Shown here in pieces: positions 16,761 through 25,388 of a stretch of 32,000 bases of DNA. Below the pieces are notes generated by a model. It was not told where the DNA came from. It worked only from the letters and a program-made list of their open reading frames with translations, and made no database searches. Positions within the stretch are counted from its first letter, which is position 1, and each line of letters begins with the position of its first letter. The stretch is from Candidatus Methanoperedens sp. (GTDB lineage Archaea; Halobacteriota; Methanosarcinia; Methanosarcinales; Methanoperedenaceae). Where the stretch lies: assembly GCA_027460535.1 (NCBI GenBank), contig JAPZAR010000011.1:180001-212000 (forward strand), in the 5' to 3' direction. A program made the position numbers and the translations under genes.

Positions 16761-18253
16761 GTTATCACTCCTCTAAGAGCAACAAATTTCACGAGTTGCT
16801 CTGCATTCGTGGTCATCATGTTAAGTATGGGGTTCGGGTTGAGCCCGAAGAAAATCACAAGCAGTACAATCATCGACATGGCGAGTATTTCATAGCTTGC
16901 TCCATCGTGGATATGCCCGAGTTTCTCATTATACGTCCCGAAGACAGCCCTCTGCATGGCCCAGAGATGATACCCTGCCGTGAAAACTATTCCGAAGAGG
17001 GCAAGTATCACGAACGTGGGCAGTGTGAAGTATGAATTCACAAGTACCAGGAACTCCGCGACGAAACCGCTCATTCCCGGCAATCCAAGAGACGCAAGGA
17101 ACCCCGCGAGCATGAGGAACGCCAGCTTTGGCATGTGTTTTGCAATGCCACCCAGGTCGCCAATGATGCGCGTACCCGCTGAGTGCTGGATCACGCCGCA
17201 GGACATGAACAATACGGCCGTAATGAGACCGTGTGAGAACTGCTGGAACATCGCCCCGCTCACGGAGAGAGGGATGAGAGCTGCTGCGCCAAGAGTCACA
17301 TAACCCATGTGGCTGATGCTTGAATATGCCACCATCTTCTTGAGGTCCCGCTGGGCAAGGGCGAGGAATGTCCCGTAAAGAATGCTCAGGACACCTATGA
17401 TCGCCATCAGGCTGATCAATTTATCCGGGGAGCCTGAATAAGGAAGAAGTGGAAGTATCACCCTGAAAAGGCCGTATCCACCCATCTTGAGAAGCAGCGC
17501 AGCAAGTATTACGCTCCCCGCCGTGGGTGCCTCCACATGCGCATCCGGCAGCCATGTATGGAAAGGCACTGCCGGCATCTTAACGAGAAAACCGAACAGT
17601 AATGCCAGGAATATTGCATCCTTCAGCAGGGGGGATTCGATCACAGAATAGTTTTTCAGAAGGTAGAACATATCGAAATTTGGGGTACCGGAGATCTGCC
17701 ATGCATTGAAATACAGCGAGAATATCGCAAGCAGCATCACAAGGCTGGCTACATGCGTGTATATGAAGAATTTTATCGCAGCGTAATTTTTCCGCGGCCC
17801 TCCCCAGATGCTAATGAGGAAATACATGGGTATCAGGACGACCTCCCAGAATATGTAGAACACAAAGAAGTCAAGGGAGGTGAAGACACCGAGGACGCCG
17901 ACCTGTTCAAGTAGTATCAGTCCGTAAAACCTGTTCGCCTCTTTTGTCTCCCCCCATGCGAATATGACAGTGAGCGGGATAACTATATTTGACAGAAGGA
18001 CAAGCGGCATTCCTATACCGTCAACGCCGAATTTCAGGCTTATCCCGAGACTGCTTATCCATGGATGCGTTTCAAAAAACTGGATGGTTGAGACGGAGGA
18101 ATCAAACCTCATGAGCAATACAAGCGAGATGACAAGCGATATCCCCGATGTCAGTAACGCGATCGCACGGGCCTGTTCCCTGGTTCTGGTCAAAAATGCG
18201 ATAATAGCGCCTATCAAAGGGATGGCAATCATCAACGAGATCAAATCAGCCAT
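16757..18253 (-). CDS. fpoM: F420H2 dehydrogenase subunit M (NuoM-like)
   Basis: 498 aa with VKMPAVPFHTWLPDAHVEAPTAGSVILA and KKMVAYSSISHMGY. Confidence 0.9.
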   Translation of the reverse strand: MADLISLMIAIPLIGAIIAFLTRTREQARAIALLTSGISLVISLVLLMRFDSSVSTIQFFETHPWISSLGISLKFGVDGIGMPLVLLSNIVIPLTVIFAWGETKEANRFYGLILLEQVGVLGVFTSLDFFVFYIFWEVVLIPMYFLISIWGGPRKNYAAIKFFIYTHVASLVMLLAIFSLYFNAWQISGTPNFDMFYLLKNYSVIESPLLKDAIFLALLFGFLVKMPAVPFHTWLPDAHVEAPTAGSVILAALLLKMGGYGLFRVILPLLPYSGSPDKLISLMAIIGVLSILYGTFLALAQRDLKKMVAYSSISHMGYVTLGAAALIPLSVSGAMFQQFSHGLITAVLFMSCGVIQHSAGTRIIGDLGGIAKHMPKLAFLMLAGFLASLGLPGMSGFVAEFLVLVNSYFTLPTFVILALFGIVFTAGYHLWAMQRAVFGTYNEKLGHIHDGASYEILAMSMIVLLVIFFGLNPNPILNMMTTNAEQLVKFVALRGVIT

Positions 18254-20239
18254 TTATGTCCCTCCGGTTTTGATCAAAAAGTACATCAAAAGCAGGCCTA
18301 TTCCCAGCAATATGACAGATGCATAATTCTGGACAACACCTGTCTGTAATTTCCTGGCAAACTCACCGAGTTTGAACAATGTGTTGCTGATAACATTATC
18401 TATCACGAGCCCGTCGATAATCTTCCTGTCCACGAACTCACCGGATTGTGCCACAACGCCATGCGTCAGTTTTACACCTATTATATCCGCGGCTATCCTG
18501 GGCTCGTAATACCTGTTTAGCAAGAGTTTGTACACGGGGTTTTCCGATGAAACGAGCTTGCTCATATCCAGCCTGCGCTTATAATAGATATAATAGGATA
18601 TCAGAAGTCCGGCCACCCCGACCAGTACCGGCAGTAATACAATTATGATGGATGGATTGAATGCTGCCTCACCTTCATGTGCCGGAACTGATACATCCAT
18701 GAGTTCGAAATTTTTATCAAGATAATTGTAGAAACCTGTCTGTGAGTAACCGAAGAAAAGGGCAAATACCGCCAGGATCATAAGCGGTCGGGTCATCACA
18801 TTGGGTGACTCGTGGGCATGGCGCTCCGAGCGCGGCGTTCCCGTAAAGGTCATGAACCACAGCCTGAAAATGTATATGGATGTCAGAAGGGCTGCAATAA
18901 TGGCGAAACTGTACGGGATGAAATTACCGGTTTTATCACCGAATTCAAACGCCCCTTCTATGATGGCATCCTTGCTGAAGAAACCCGATGCACCTATACT
19001 TGGAATACCAAGGTTGATCAGTGGAATACCAATCCCGGAAAGTGCAAGAGCAGCAATCAACATAGTGATGGCGGTGATCTTCATCTTATCGAACAGTCCC
19101 CCCATCTCGCGGATATCGTTCGTCCCAACCGCGTGGATAACGCTTCCCGCACACAGGAAAAGGAGGGCCTTGAAGAACGCATGGCTTATGAGGTGGAACA
19201 TGGATATCCCGACTGCCTGTGCGCCGATTGCAAGTCCCGCTGTTCCCAGCGCCAGCATCATATAACCAAGTTGACTGACGGTCGAATATGCAAGCACTCT
19301 CTTGATATCGTTCATCACAAGTCCCATCGTGGCTGCGAAAAGCGCGGTGAACCCGCCGATATACGCCACCACGAGGAGCGAGTCCGGGGCTGCAGCAAAC
19401 ATCGGGAACGTCCTGGCGACAAGATATACACCAGCGGTAACCATCGTTGCCGCATGGATCAATGCCGAAACCGTTGTCGGTCCTTCCATTGCATCCGGAA
19501 GCCAGCCATGGAGCGGGAACTGACCGCTCTTACCGACTGCGCCACCGAAGAACAACAGAGTGATGTAGGTCAATTGTGTCTTATCGATAAGCGGTATCGC
19601 CTGGAACATGGTCTTGAACTGGAGGATAAAATTTCCAGGCTCGATCTTGAATGCACTGGCCGGGTTCGTGATGATCTCACTCAGATTGACATAAAGAAGT
19701 ACGATCCCTGCAAGGAAAAGCACGTCCCCTACCCTGGTCACAAGGAAAGCCTTCTTCGCGGCAGCTGCAGCTGAGGGCTTGTGGTACCAGAACCCGATGA
19801 GGAGATAAGAGCAAAGACCCACTATCTCCCATGATATGAAGAACTGGAGAATGTTGTCTGAGAGAACAACGGCGAGCATGGCTGCCGTGAAAAGAGACGT
19901 TTCCGCAAAGTATCGCGGTTTTGAAGGGTCATGCGCCATGTATCCCACGGCGTATATATGAATGAGCAGGCTTACGAACGTGACCATCAGCAGCATCACA
20001 ATGGCGAGCGGGTCGATCAGTATCCCCAGGTTCATCCCGGCGAACCATGGCCAGGACTGCTGCACTATTCTGTCGGGATATATCTCAAAGAAAATGCCAA
20101 GAGAAATGATAAACGAGCATGCTATAGCTGCGATTGGGATATATGCACCCCCATGTGGGAGTTTCTTTCCCAGGAAAAGCGTGAGCACAAACCCGAATAT
20201 GGGTAGCAATACAATTGCTGCTGCATAATCACTGAACAT
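18254..20239 (-). CDS. fpoL: F420H2 dehydrogenase subunit L (NuoL-like)
   Basis: 661 aa with GKSGQFPLHGWLPDAMEGPTTVSALIHAATMVTAG and KRVLAYSTVSQLGYM, plus the long C-terminal extension typical of NuoL. Confidence 0.9.
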   Translation of the reverse strand: MFSDYAAAIVLLPIFGFVLTLFLGKKLPHGGAYIPIAAIACSFIISLGIFFEIYPDRIVQQSWPWFAGMNLGILIDPLAIVMLLMVTFVSLLIHIYAVGYMAHDPSKPRYFAETSLFTAAMLAVVLSDNILQFFISWEIVGLCSYLLIGFWYHKPSAAAAAKKAFLVTRVGDVLFLAGIVLLYVNLSEIITNPASAFKIEPGNFILQFKTMFQAIPLIDKTQLTYITLLFFGGAVGKSGQFPLHGWLPDAMEGPTTVSALIHAATMVTAGVYLVARTFPMFAAAPDSLLVVAYIGGFTALFAATMGLVMNDIKRVLAYSTVSQLGYMMLALGTAGLAIGAQAVGISMFHLISHAFFKALLFLCAGSVIHAVGTNDIREMGGLFDKMKITAITMLIAALALSGIGIPLINLGIPSIGASGFFSKDAIIEGAFEFGDKTGNFIPYSFAIIAALLTSIYIFRLWFMTFTGTPRSERHAHESPNVMTRPLMILAVFALFFGYSQTGFYNYLDKNFELMDVSVPAHEGEAAFNPSIIIVLLPVLVGVAGLLISYYIYYKRRLDMSKLVSSENPVYKLLLNRYYEPRIAADIIGVKLTHGVVAQSGEFVDRKIIDGLVIDNVISNTLFKLGEFARKLQTGVVQNYASVILLGIGLLLMYFLIKTGGT

Positions 20240-20240
20240 C

Positions 20241-20540
20241 TTACCACCTCAGAATATTGATATTGTCAAGATTGATCGTATCCCTTACCCTGAACAAAGC
20301 AACGAGTATTGCAAACCCTATGGCTGCTTCTGCTGCCGCTATAGCGATTGAGAATAGCGCGAATACCTGGCCTGCGGCGTTCCCATTGTAACTCGAAAAG
20401 GCAACCAGGTTAAGATTCGCAGCATTGAGCATGATTTCTATGCACATCAGGATCTTGATTCCGCTTCTCTGTGTAATTATTCCGTATGCTCCCACCGTGA
20501 ATATGATGGCGGCTATTAGAAGATATGTATACAGGGACAT
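20241..20540 (-). CDS. fpoK: F420H2 dehydrogenase subunit K (NuoK-like)
   Basis: [48 protein letters not shown]... matches the NuoK pattern. I chose the ATG at 20540, preceded by AGGAGG, rather than the track ORF start at 20573. Confidence 0.85.
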   Translation of the reverse strand: MSLYTYLLIAAIIFTVGAYGIITQRSGIKILMCIEIMLNAANLNLVAFSSYNGNAAGQVFALFSIAIAAAEAAIGFAILVALFRVRDTINLDNINILRW

Positions 20541-20541
20541 T

Positions 20542-20787
20542 TCAGGCCTCCTTTCTTGCAATATAAAGGGCACCGATCAATGCTGCGAGCAAAAGCAAGG
20601 AAAGTACCTCGAATGAAAAGATAAAATCACTGAATATTCCGCCTTTGACTGGTCCTGCGATATCGGCAATACTGGTTGGATTTACCTCTTCCTTTCCATA
20701 CCAGACCTTTGTACTTCCATCGATTGCCGCGAACATCGTTGCAAATAGCAGTAATGCGATAAAGAAATTAAAAATCTTGTTGACCAT
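20542..20787 (-). CDS. fpoJ: F420H2 dehydrogenase subunit J, C-terminal half (FpoJ2; NuoJ TM4-5)
   Basis: [15 protein letters not shown]...[24 protein letters not shown] matches the NuoJ C-terminal pattern. The ATG at 20787 overlaps the J1 stop (TAATG). The longer track ORF (to 20874) is rejected. Confidence 0.7.
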   Translation of the reverse strand: MVNKIFNFFIALLLFATMFAAIDGSTKVWYGKEEVNPTSIADIAGPVKGGIFSDFIFSFEVLSLLLLAALIGALYIARKEA

Positions 20788-21032
20788 TATTCTTCTTCTC
20801 CCTTTCTGGTTAACATTATGGTGAACAGTATGAGCGTCACGACCGCTCCAACATACACGAGCACCTGTACCCATGCGATGAACTCTGCTTTAAGCAGAAT
20901 GAAAAGCCCTGCTGTGCCTATGAACGTTCCTGCCAGGTACACTGCACTGTGGACCAATTTTTTTGACTGGACGACCATGATCGAAGATATGATAGTCATA
21001 ACCGAAATAATTAAGAACGCTACGTCTATCAT
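20787..21032 (-). CDS. fpoJ: F420H2 dehydrogenase subunit J, N-terminal half (FpoJ1; NuoJ TM1-3)
   Basis: MIDVAFLIISVMTIISSIMVVQSKKLVHSAVYLAGTFIGTAGLFILLKAEFIAWVQVLVYVGAVVTLILFTIML matches the NuoJ N-terminal pattern. Confidence 0.75.
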   Translation of the reverse strand: MIDVAFLIISVMTIISSIMVVQSKKLVHSAVYLAGTFIGTAGLFILLKAEFIAWVQVLVYVGAVVTLILFTIMLTRKGEEE

Positions 21033-21445
21033 TGATTCGCCTCTTTCTTGAACAATAGCCTGTCAGGTCCGTAAACCAGGCTTTCCCTGGTATAATCAGC
21101 CAGTTCGTAATTCCCTGTCATCTTAAGGGCATTCATAGGACAGACATCCACGCATATCCCGCAGAACATGCACATCCCGAGGTTAAACTGCGGGAACCAT
21201 CTGCTGTTGTACTTCACTATCTGAATAGTAGAATTGGGACAGTTCACTTCACATATTCCGCAGCCGATGCAGGCGTCCTGGTCAATTGCATGCCTTCCTC
21301 TGAACCTTGGCGCGAGCTTCATCCGTTCATAAGGATACTGGACTGTTACAGTAGGTCTATCCCCGATATGCAAAACATGTTTTATCGTGACAATGAGACC
21401 TTTAATTATCCCGCTCATTGCCCAGTTCTTGCTGATCCATGCCAT
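21029..21445 (-). CDS. fpoI: F420H2 dehydrogenase subunit I (NuoI-like, 2x[4Fe-4S] ferredoxin)
   Basis: CIGCGICEVNCP and CMFCGICVDVCP. Confidence 0.9.
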   Translation of the reverse strand: MAWISKNWAMSGIIKGLIVTIKHVLHIGDRPTVTVQYPYERMKLAPRFRGRHAIDQDACIGCGICEVNCPNSTIQIVKYNSRWFPQFNLGMCMFCGICVDVCPMNALKMTGNYELADYTRESLVYGPDRLLFKKEANQ

Positions 21446-22542
21446 CAGACCACCCCCGCTGCTACAAGGAAACCCGCAGCAAGCAGGTTCAATAGCGCCA
21501 GAGGCACCATGATTTTCCAGCCAAGGTTAAGAAGCTGGTCTATCCTTACTCGTGGCACCGTGTCGCGGAGCCACATTGCAAAGAATATCACTGCATAGGT
21601 TTTTATCAGGAATATTATAAGCGAGGTTATTTGAACCGGTATGAAGGGCACTGTCGGGCCGCTCCATCCTCCCAGGAATAGCGTGACTACTATCCCCGAA
21701 ACTGCAAATAAATGTGCATATTCCGCAAGGAAGAACATCGCGAATTTCATCCCGCTGTACTCCGTGAAGAAACCGGCTACCAGCTCTTGTTCTGATTCCT
21801 GGAAGTCAAAAGGAATGCGCCCCATTTCAGCAATGGAGGCGATAAGGAAGAGGACGAATCCAAGCGGCTGTAGGAATATGAACCATTTCGGGATTATGCC
21901 GAACCAGTATCCTCCCTGAGCATTCACGATATCAACAGTGCTAAGAGACCCCACAAATAAGACCACCGCGATAGCTGTCAGGGCAAGCGGAACGGTATAA
22001 CTGATATCCTGGGCCACAGCCCTCATCGCACCCATCAGGGAGTATTTATTATTTGATGCCCATCCCGCAAGCAAAATGGCTATCGGTGAGATCGCAGAGA
22101 TCGCTATAATATACAGCAGACCCACACTCAGATCGGATATTATCAGGGATTTCCCAAACGGTAGGGGGATAAATACAAGTAACGCAGGTATAAAAACGAT
22201 GAACGGCGCAAGCGTGAATATCCACCTATCCGCCTTTGCCGGGATAATATCCTCCTTGCCGATGAGCTTTATCCCGTCCATGACGGGCTGAAGGAGACCC
22301 CGCGGGCCTGTGACCATCGGACCGTATCTGGACTGCACCATGGCAACAACTTTACGTTCCATCCATGTCAGGAACATTATTGTGACAAGGACAAATGCGA
22401 ACAGTACAGCCAGTTCCACCAATACGATTATTATTTTCAGAACATATTCAATTCCCAGAAGCTGGAATACGCTGTGGATTTGATCATAAACCCCCAGTGC
22501 AGTTAAAACATAAACTATCAGTTCATAAGAGTTCGTTATCAT
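21445..22542 (-). CDS. fpoH: F420H2 dehydrogenase subunit H (NuoH-like)
   Basis: WMERKVVAMVQSRYGP, AGWASNNKYSLMGAMRAVAQDISY and PFDFQESEQELVAGFFTEYSG. I chose the ATG at 22542 (MITNSYEL), 4 nt after the fpoD stop. The track ORF opens at 22575 inside fpoD. Confidence 0.9.
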   Translation of the reverse strand: MITNSYELIVYVLTALGVYDQIHSVFQLLGIEYVLKIIIVLVELAVLFAFVLVTIMFLTWMERKVVAMVQSRYGPMVTGPRGLLQPVMDGIKLIGKEDIIPAKADRWIFTLAPFIVFIPALLVFIPLPFGKSLIISDLSVGLLYIIAISAISPIAILLAGWASNNKYSLMGAMRAVAQDISYTVPLALTAIAVVLFVGSLSTVDIVNAQGGYWFGIIPKWFIFLQPLGFVLFLIASIAEMGRIPFDFQESEQELVAGFFTEYSGMKFAMFFLAEYAHLFAVSGIVVTLFLGGWSGPTVPFIPVQITSLIIFLIKTYAVIFFAMWLRDTVPRVRIDQLLNLGWKIMVPLALLNLLAAGFLVAAGVV

Positions 22543-22546
22543 CTTA

Positions 22547-23695
22547 TCACCTGTCCACATCGCCAAGAACCACATCTATGGTGCCAAAAGCCGCGATCAG
22601 GTCCGGGATTTTAAGGCCAATCACCATCTTGGGTATGGCCGTGAGGTTGCAGAAAGAGGGTGAACGTATCTTGACGCGATACGGTTTTGTCGTGCCGTCG
22701 CTTGCGATATAGAAACCCAGCTCACCTTTTGGCGCTTCAATCCTGCTGTAGACCTCCCCAGCTGGAGGAGTAAATATTCTCGGGAAATATGCCATTACAG
22801 AGGAAGGTTCTCCGGTCATGGGAGCTATCCCGTACCTTTGGGTGCTTGCTATCTTTGCCTCGGGAATGGTATCCGCAGCCTGTCTTAAAATATGGAGACT
22901 TTCCCTCATCTCATCTATCCTTACCATGTACCTTGCATAGCTATCCCCCTCATGACGAACGCATGCCTTGAAATCCAGGTCAGGATATATGGAATAGGGT
23001 TCCACTTTCCTGATATCGTAATTTACTCCCTGGCCACGGAGCGCGGGGCCCGTCATGCCATAATTGATGGCCTCTTCAGCGCTTATTACACCTATATTTT
23101 TCATCCTCAAAAGGAATATTTCATTATCGTTGATCAGTTGTTCATAATCATCGATGCGCTTTTCCATATCCTTTAAAAATTCGTTGAGTTTCGGAATGAA
23201 GCCTTCTGGCAGGTCTTCCCGCACCCCGCCGGGTTTGATATAATTGAAGGTCATCCTTGCCCCGCAGAGCATTTCGAACAACTGCAAGGCTTTCTCTCTC
23301 TCTCTGAAACCGTACATGATCATTGTAGATGCCCCGAGATCCAGTAGAAGAGAGCCGATCATCACAAGATGATTCACTATCCTGTTGAGCTCCATGGTAA
23401 TAACGCGGATATATTCCGCCCTCAGCGGAACCTCAATACCTGCAAGCTCTTCGACCGCTTTGACATAGGCATAATTGTTGGGGAAAGCAGAGATATAATC
23501 AAGCCTGTCCGTATACGGGACGAACTGCAGATACGTCTTCATCTCTCCGAGTTTTTCCGTTCCCCTGTGGAGATACCCCATAACAATAGTACACTCCTTG
23601 ATTATCTCCCCGTCCATCCTCAACTTGAACCTGAGAACTCCGTGGGTGCTCGGATGCACCGGGCCCATGTTTAAAAGCAGTTCCTCTGTTTCCAT
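22547..23695 (-). CDS. fpoD: F420H2 dehydrogenase subunit D (NuoD-like)
   Basis: LNMGPVHPSTHGVLRF, GYLHRGTEKL, and EAPKGELGFYI....PYRVKIRSPSF....DLIAAFGTIDVVLGDVDR. Confidence 0.95.
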   Translation of the reverse strand: METEELLLNMGPVHPSTHGVLRFKLRMDGEIIKECTIVMGYLHRGTEKLGEMKTYLQFVPYTDRLDYISAFPNNYAYVKAVEELAGIEVPLRAEYIRVITMELNRIVNHLVMIGSLLLDLGASTMIMYGFREREKALQLFEMLCGARMTFNYIKPGGVREDLPEGFIPKLNEFLKDMEKRIDDYEQLINDNEIFLLRMKNIGVISAEEAINYGMTGPALRGQGVNYDIRKVEPYSIYPDLDFKACVRHEGDSYARYMVRIDEMRESLHILRQAADTIPEAKIASTQRYGIAPMTGEPSSVMAYFPRIFTPPAGEVYSRIEAPKGELGFYIASDGTTKPYRVKIRSPSFCNLTAIPKMVIGLKIPDLIAAFGTIDVVLGDVDR

Positions 23696-23696
23696 G

Positions 23697-24200
23697 CTAC
23701 TTCCCCCTCAGCAGATTTGACCCATCAGTGCTCACCACGTCTTCTCCATCCTCTCCGATGGTGACGAACTGCTCTTTGCTCATATCATAATCCTTCCTGA
23801 GAGGATGACCAGACCAGCCTTCCGGCAGCAATATCCTGACAAGATTGGGATGGCCTGCGAACTTGATTCCCACGAGGTCGTACGTCTCGCGCTCAAGCCA
23901 GTCCGCCCCTTTCCAAATGGGGGTGAGTGAATCGACCTCGGGATTATCATGGTCGAGAATAACTTTCAACACGAGATTCTGTTTTCTGGAATAGGAAAAG
24001 AAATTATAGATGACCTCAAACCGATCTCCGTAATCAACTCCAGTGATGACGGAAAGATGCTCAAAACCCATTTTCTTGGCGTTCCCCGCGACTTTTAAGA
24101 GCGCATCCTTTTTTATGACCGCAAGGGGTTTATTGATTTGCATCCCAGTGCTGACTACCGCATCCGGCATCGCCTGTTTTAATTCTTCTGCTGCGTTCAT
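23697..24200 (-). CDS. fpoC: F420H2 dehydrogenase subunit C (NuoC-like)
   Basis: GADWLERETYDLVGIKFAGHPNLVRILLPEGW..HPLRKDY. I chose the ATG at 24200 (MNAAEEL), preceded by GAGGTG. The track ORF start at 24233 lies inside a hairpin. Confidence 0.9.
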   Translation of the reverse strand: MNAAEELKQAMPDAVVSTGMQINKPLAVIKKDALLKVAGNAKKMGFEHLSVITGVDYGDRFEVIYNFFSYSRKQNLVLKVILDHDNPEVDSLTPIWKGADWLERETYDLVGIKFAGHPNLVRILLPEGWSGHPLRKDYDMSKEQFVTIGEDGEDVVSTDGSNLLRGK

Positions 24201-24251
24201 AAAGCGACACCTCGCTTTATGAAATATCCACATATGGCGAAGCCATATGTG
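24201..24251 (-). promoter_or_regulatory. Two stem-loops in the only sizeable intergenic gap of the fpo operon (fpoB-fpoC)
   Basis: A perfect 10-bp stem with a 3-nt loop, cacatatggc-gaa-gccatatgtg, lies at 24229-24251. A 7-bp stem, aaagcga-cacc-tcgcttt, lies at 24201-24218. On the mRNA the second stem encloses the fpoC SD (GAGGUG) and abuts the AUG. Confidence 0.5.
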
Positions 24252-24303
24252 TGTGCGATGTAAACCGGCGCGACAGTTTTTGATAAAACTTTCCTAAAGT
24301 TTT

Positions 24304-24897
24304 TCATTTATTAAGCCCCCATTTTGCCCCATATCCCTCATTCTTTATCTTTTCCCTCAACTGGATAACCCCGTATATCCATGCTTCGGGTCTGGGGGGG
24401 CATCCCGGAATATACACATCCACAGGTATTATAAGGTCCACACCTTTCAGGACAGAGTATGATTCATGGTAAGGCCCGCCTGTTGAGGCGCATGCTCCAA
24501 CGGCAATAACCCATTTTGGCTCCGCCATCATCTCATAAAGCTGTTTCACTCTGGGTGCCATCCTCTTTGTCACAGTTCCTGCAACGAACATGAGGTCCGC
24601 CTGTCTTGGGCTTGCCCTGAAGATCTCCATCCCGAAGCGTGCGATATCGTGATGAGCCATCGCCGTGGCCATCATTTCAATGGCGCAGCAGGCAAGACCC
24701 GAGGTTACGGGCCAGAGTGAGCTTAAACGCGCCCAGTTAAATACCTGGTCTATGGTTGAAAAAAGAATAAGTCCTTCCCTTTCCTTCGCTGCCATGACCG
24801 TACTGATAAGCCCGGTATCTTCCAGCTTTTCAAGCGCAGTAACAGGTTCTTTTTTGGTGGGTTTGATTTTTGTGGTGTCGATGGTTACTGGATCCAC
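24304..24897 (-). CDS. fpoB: F420H2 dehydrogenase subunit B (NuoB-like, N2 cluster)
   Basis: [22 protein letters not shown] and [10 protein letters not shown]. Confidence 0.9.
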   Translation of the reverse strand: MDPVTIDTTKIKPTKKEPVTALEKLEDTGLISTVMAAKEREGLILFSTIDQVFNWARLSSLWPVTSGLACCAIEMMATAMAHHDIARFGMEIFRASPRQADLMFVAGTVTKRMAPRVKQLYEMMAEPKWVIAVGACASTGGPYHESYSVLKGVDLIIPVDVYIPGCPPRPEAWIYGVIQLREKIKNEGYGAKWGLNK

Positions 24898-25259
24898 TCT
24901 AAAGCCTCCTTTCTCCAGGCATAGGCCAGACCGATTATCAGTATCTCTATGAAAACAACCATTTCAAAGAACCCCAGGCCCCCGAGTTTTTTTAGCTGGA
25001 CTGCCCATGGGTACAGGAACAATATCTCTACATCAAAAATCAGAAAGACGATAACGATAAGATAATACTGAATATTAAAATGTATCCTGGCATCCCCCAC
25101 CGGGGTCTCTGCACATTCATACGTTGATAATTTCTCTTTGGATTTCTTGCTTGGCCTTACCATCCTTGACATGAATAAAGATATTGCCACGAATATTATG
25201 CCGAGTAGTGTAAGAACTGCAACCGGCAAATAGTTATCAAAAAATGCATTTGATGCCAT
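24885..25259 (-). CDS. fpoA: F420H2 dehydrogenase subunit A (NuoA-like)
   Basis: 124 aa with 3 TM helices, YECAE (NuoA YECG-like) and [15 protein letters not shown]. Confidence 0.85.
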   Translation of the reverse strand: MASNAFFDNYLPVAVLTLLGIIFVAISLFMSRMVRPSKKSKEKLSTYECAETPVGDARIHFNIQYYLIVIVFLIFDVEILFLYPWAVQLKKLGGLGFFEMVVFIEILIIGLAYAWRKEALEWIQ

Positions 25260-25298
25260 TTTGTTCCACCTTTAATAAAGCTTTAAAAAGGATTATTG

Positions 25299-25306
25299 AT
25301 ATAAAA
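25299..25306 (-). promoter_or_regulatory. Putative TATA box of the fpo operon
   Basis: The minus strand reads agcTTTTATATcaat about 40 nt upstream of the fpoA ATG. An AAGGTGGA RBS follows at 25265-25272. Confidence 0.3.
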
Positions 25307-25388
25307 AGCTTATGAAATTGTTTTATAGTAATATTCTTAAATGAAAGAGACAACAGAGGGCCAAAAAGATTCTATACCATGAGGTTTC

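Noticed and set aside
20542-20874. 110-aa version of the second fpoJ ORF overlapping the first by 88 nt. Long N-terminal extensions of the fpoK (20573), fpoH (22575) and fpoC (24233) ORFs are similar cases.
   Set aside because: The extensions are non-hydrophobic or odd sequence overlapping the upstream gene. Internal ATGs with SD sequences or tight stop-start coupling give proteins matching Nuo homologue N-termini.
20787-21032. Split fpoJ as a frameshifted pseudogene
   Set aside because: The halves are joined by a clean TAATG stop/start overlap. Each half corresponds to a discrete set of NuoJ helices. A two-gene fpoJ is, to my recollection, normal in Methanosarcina.
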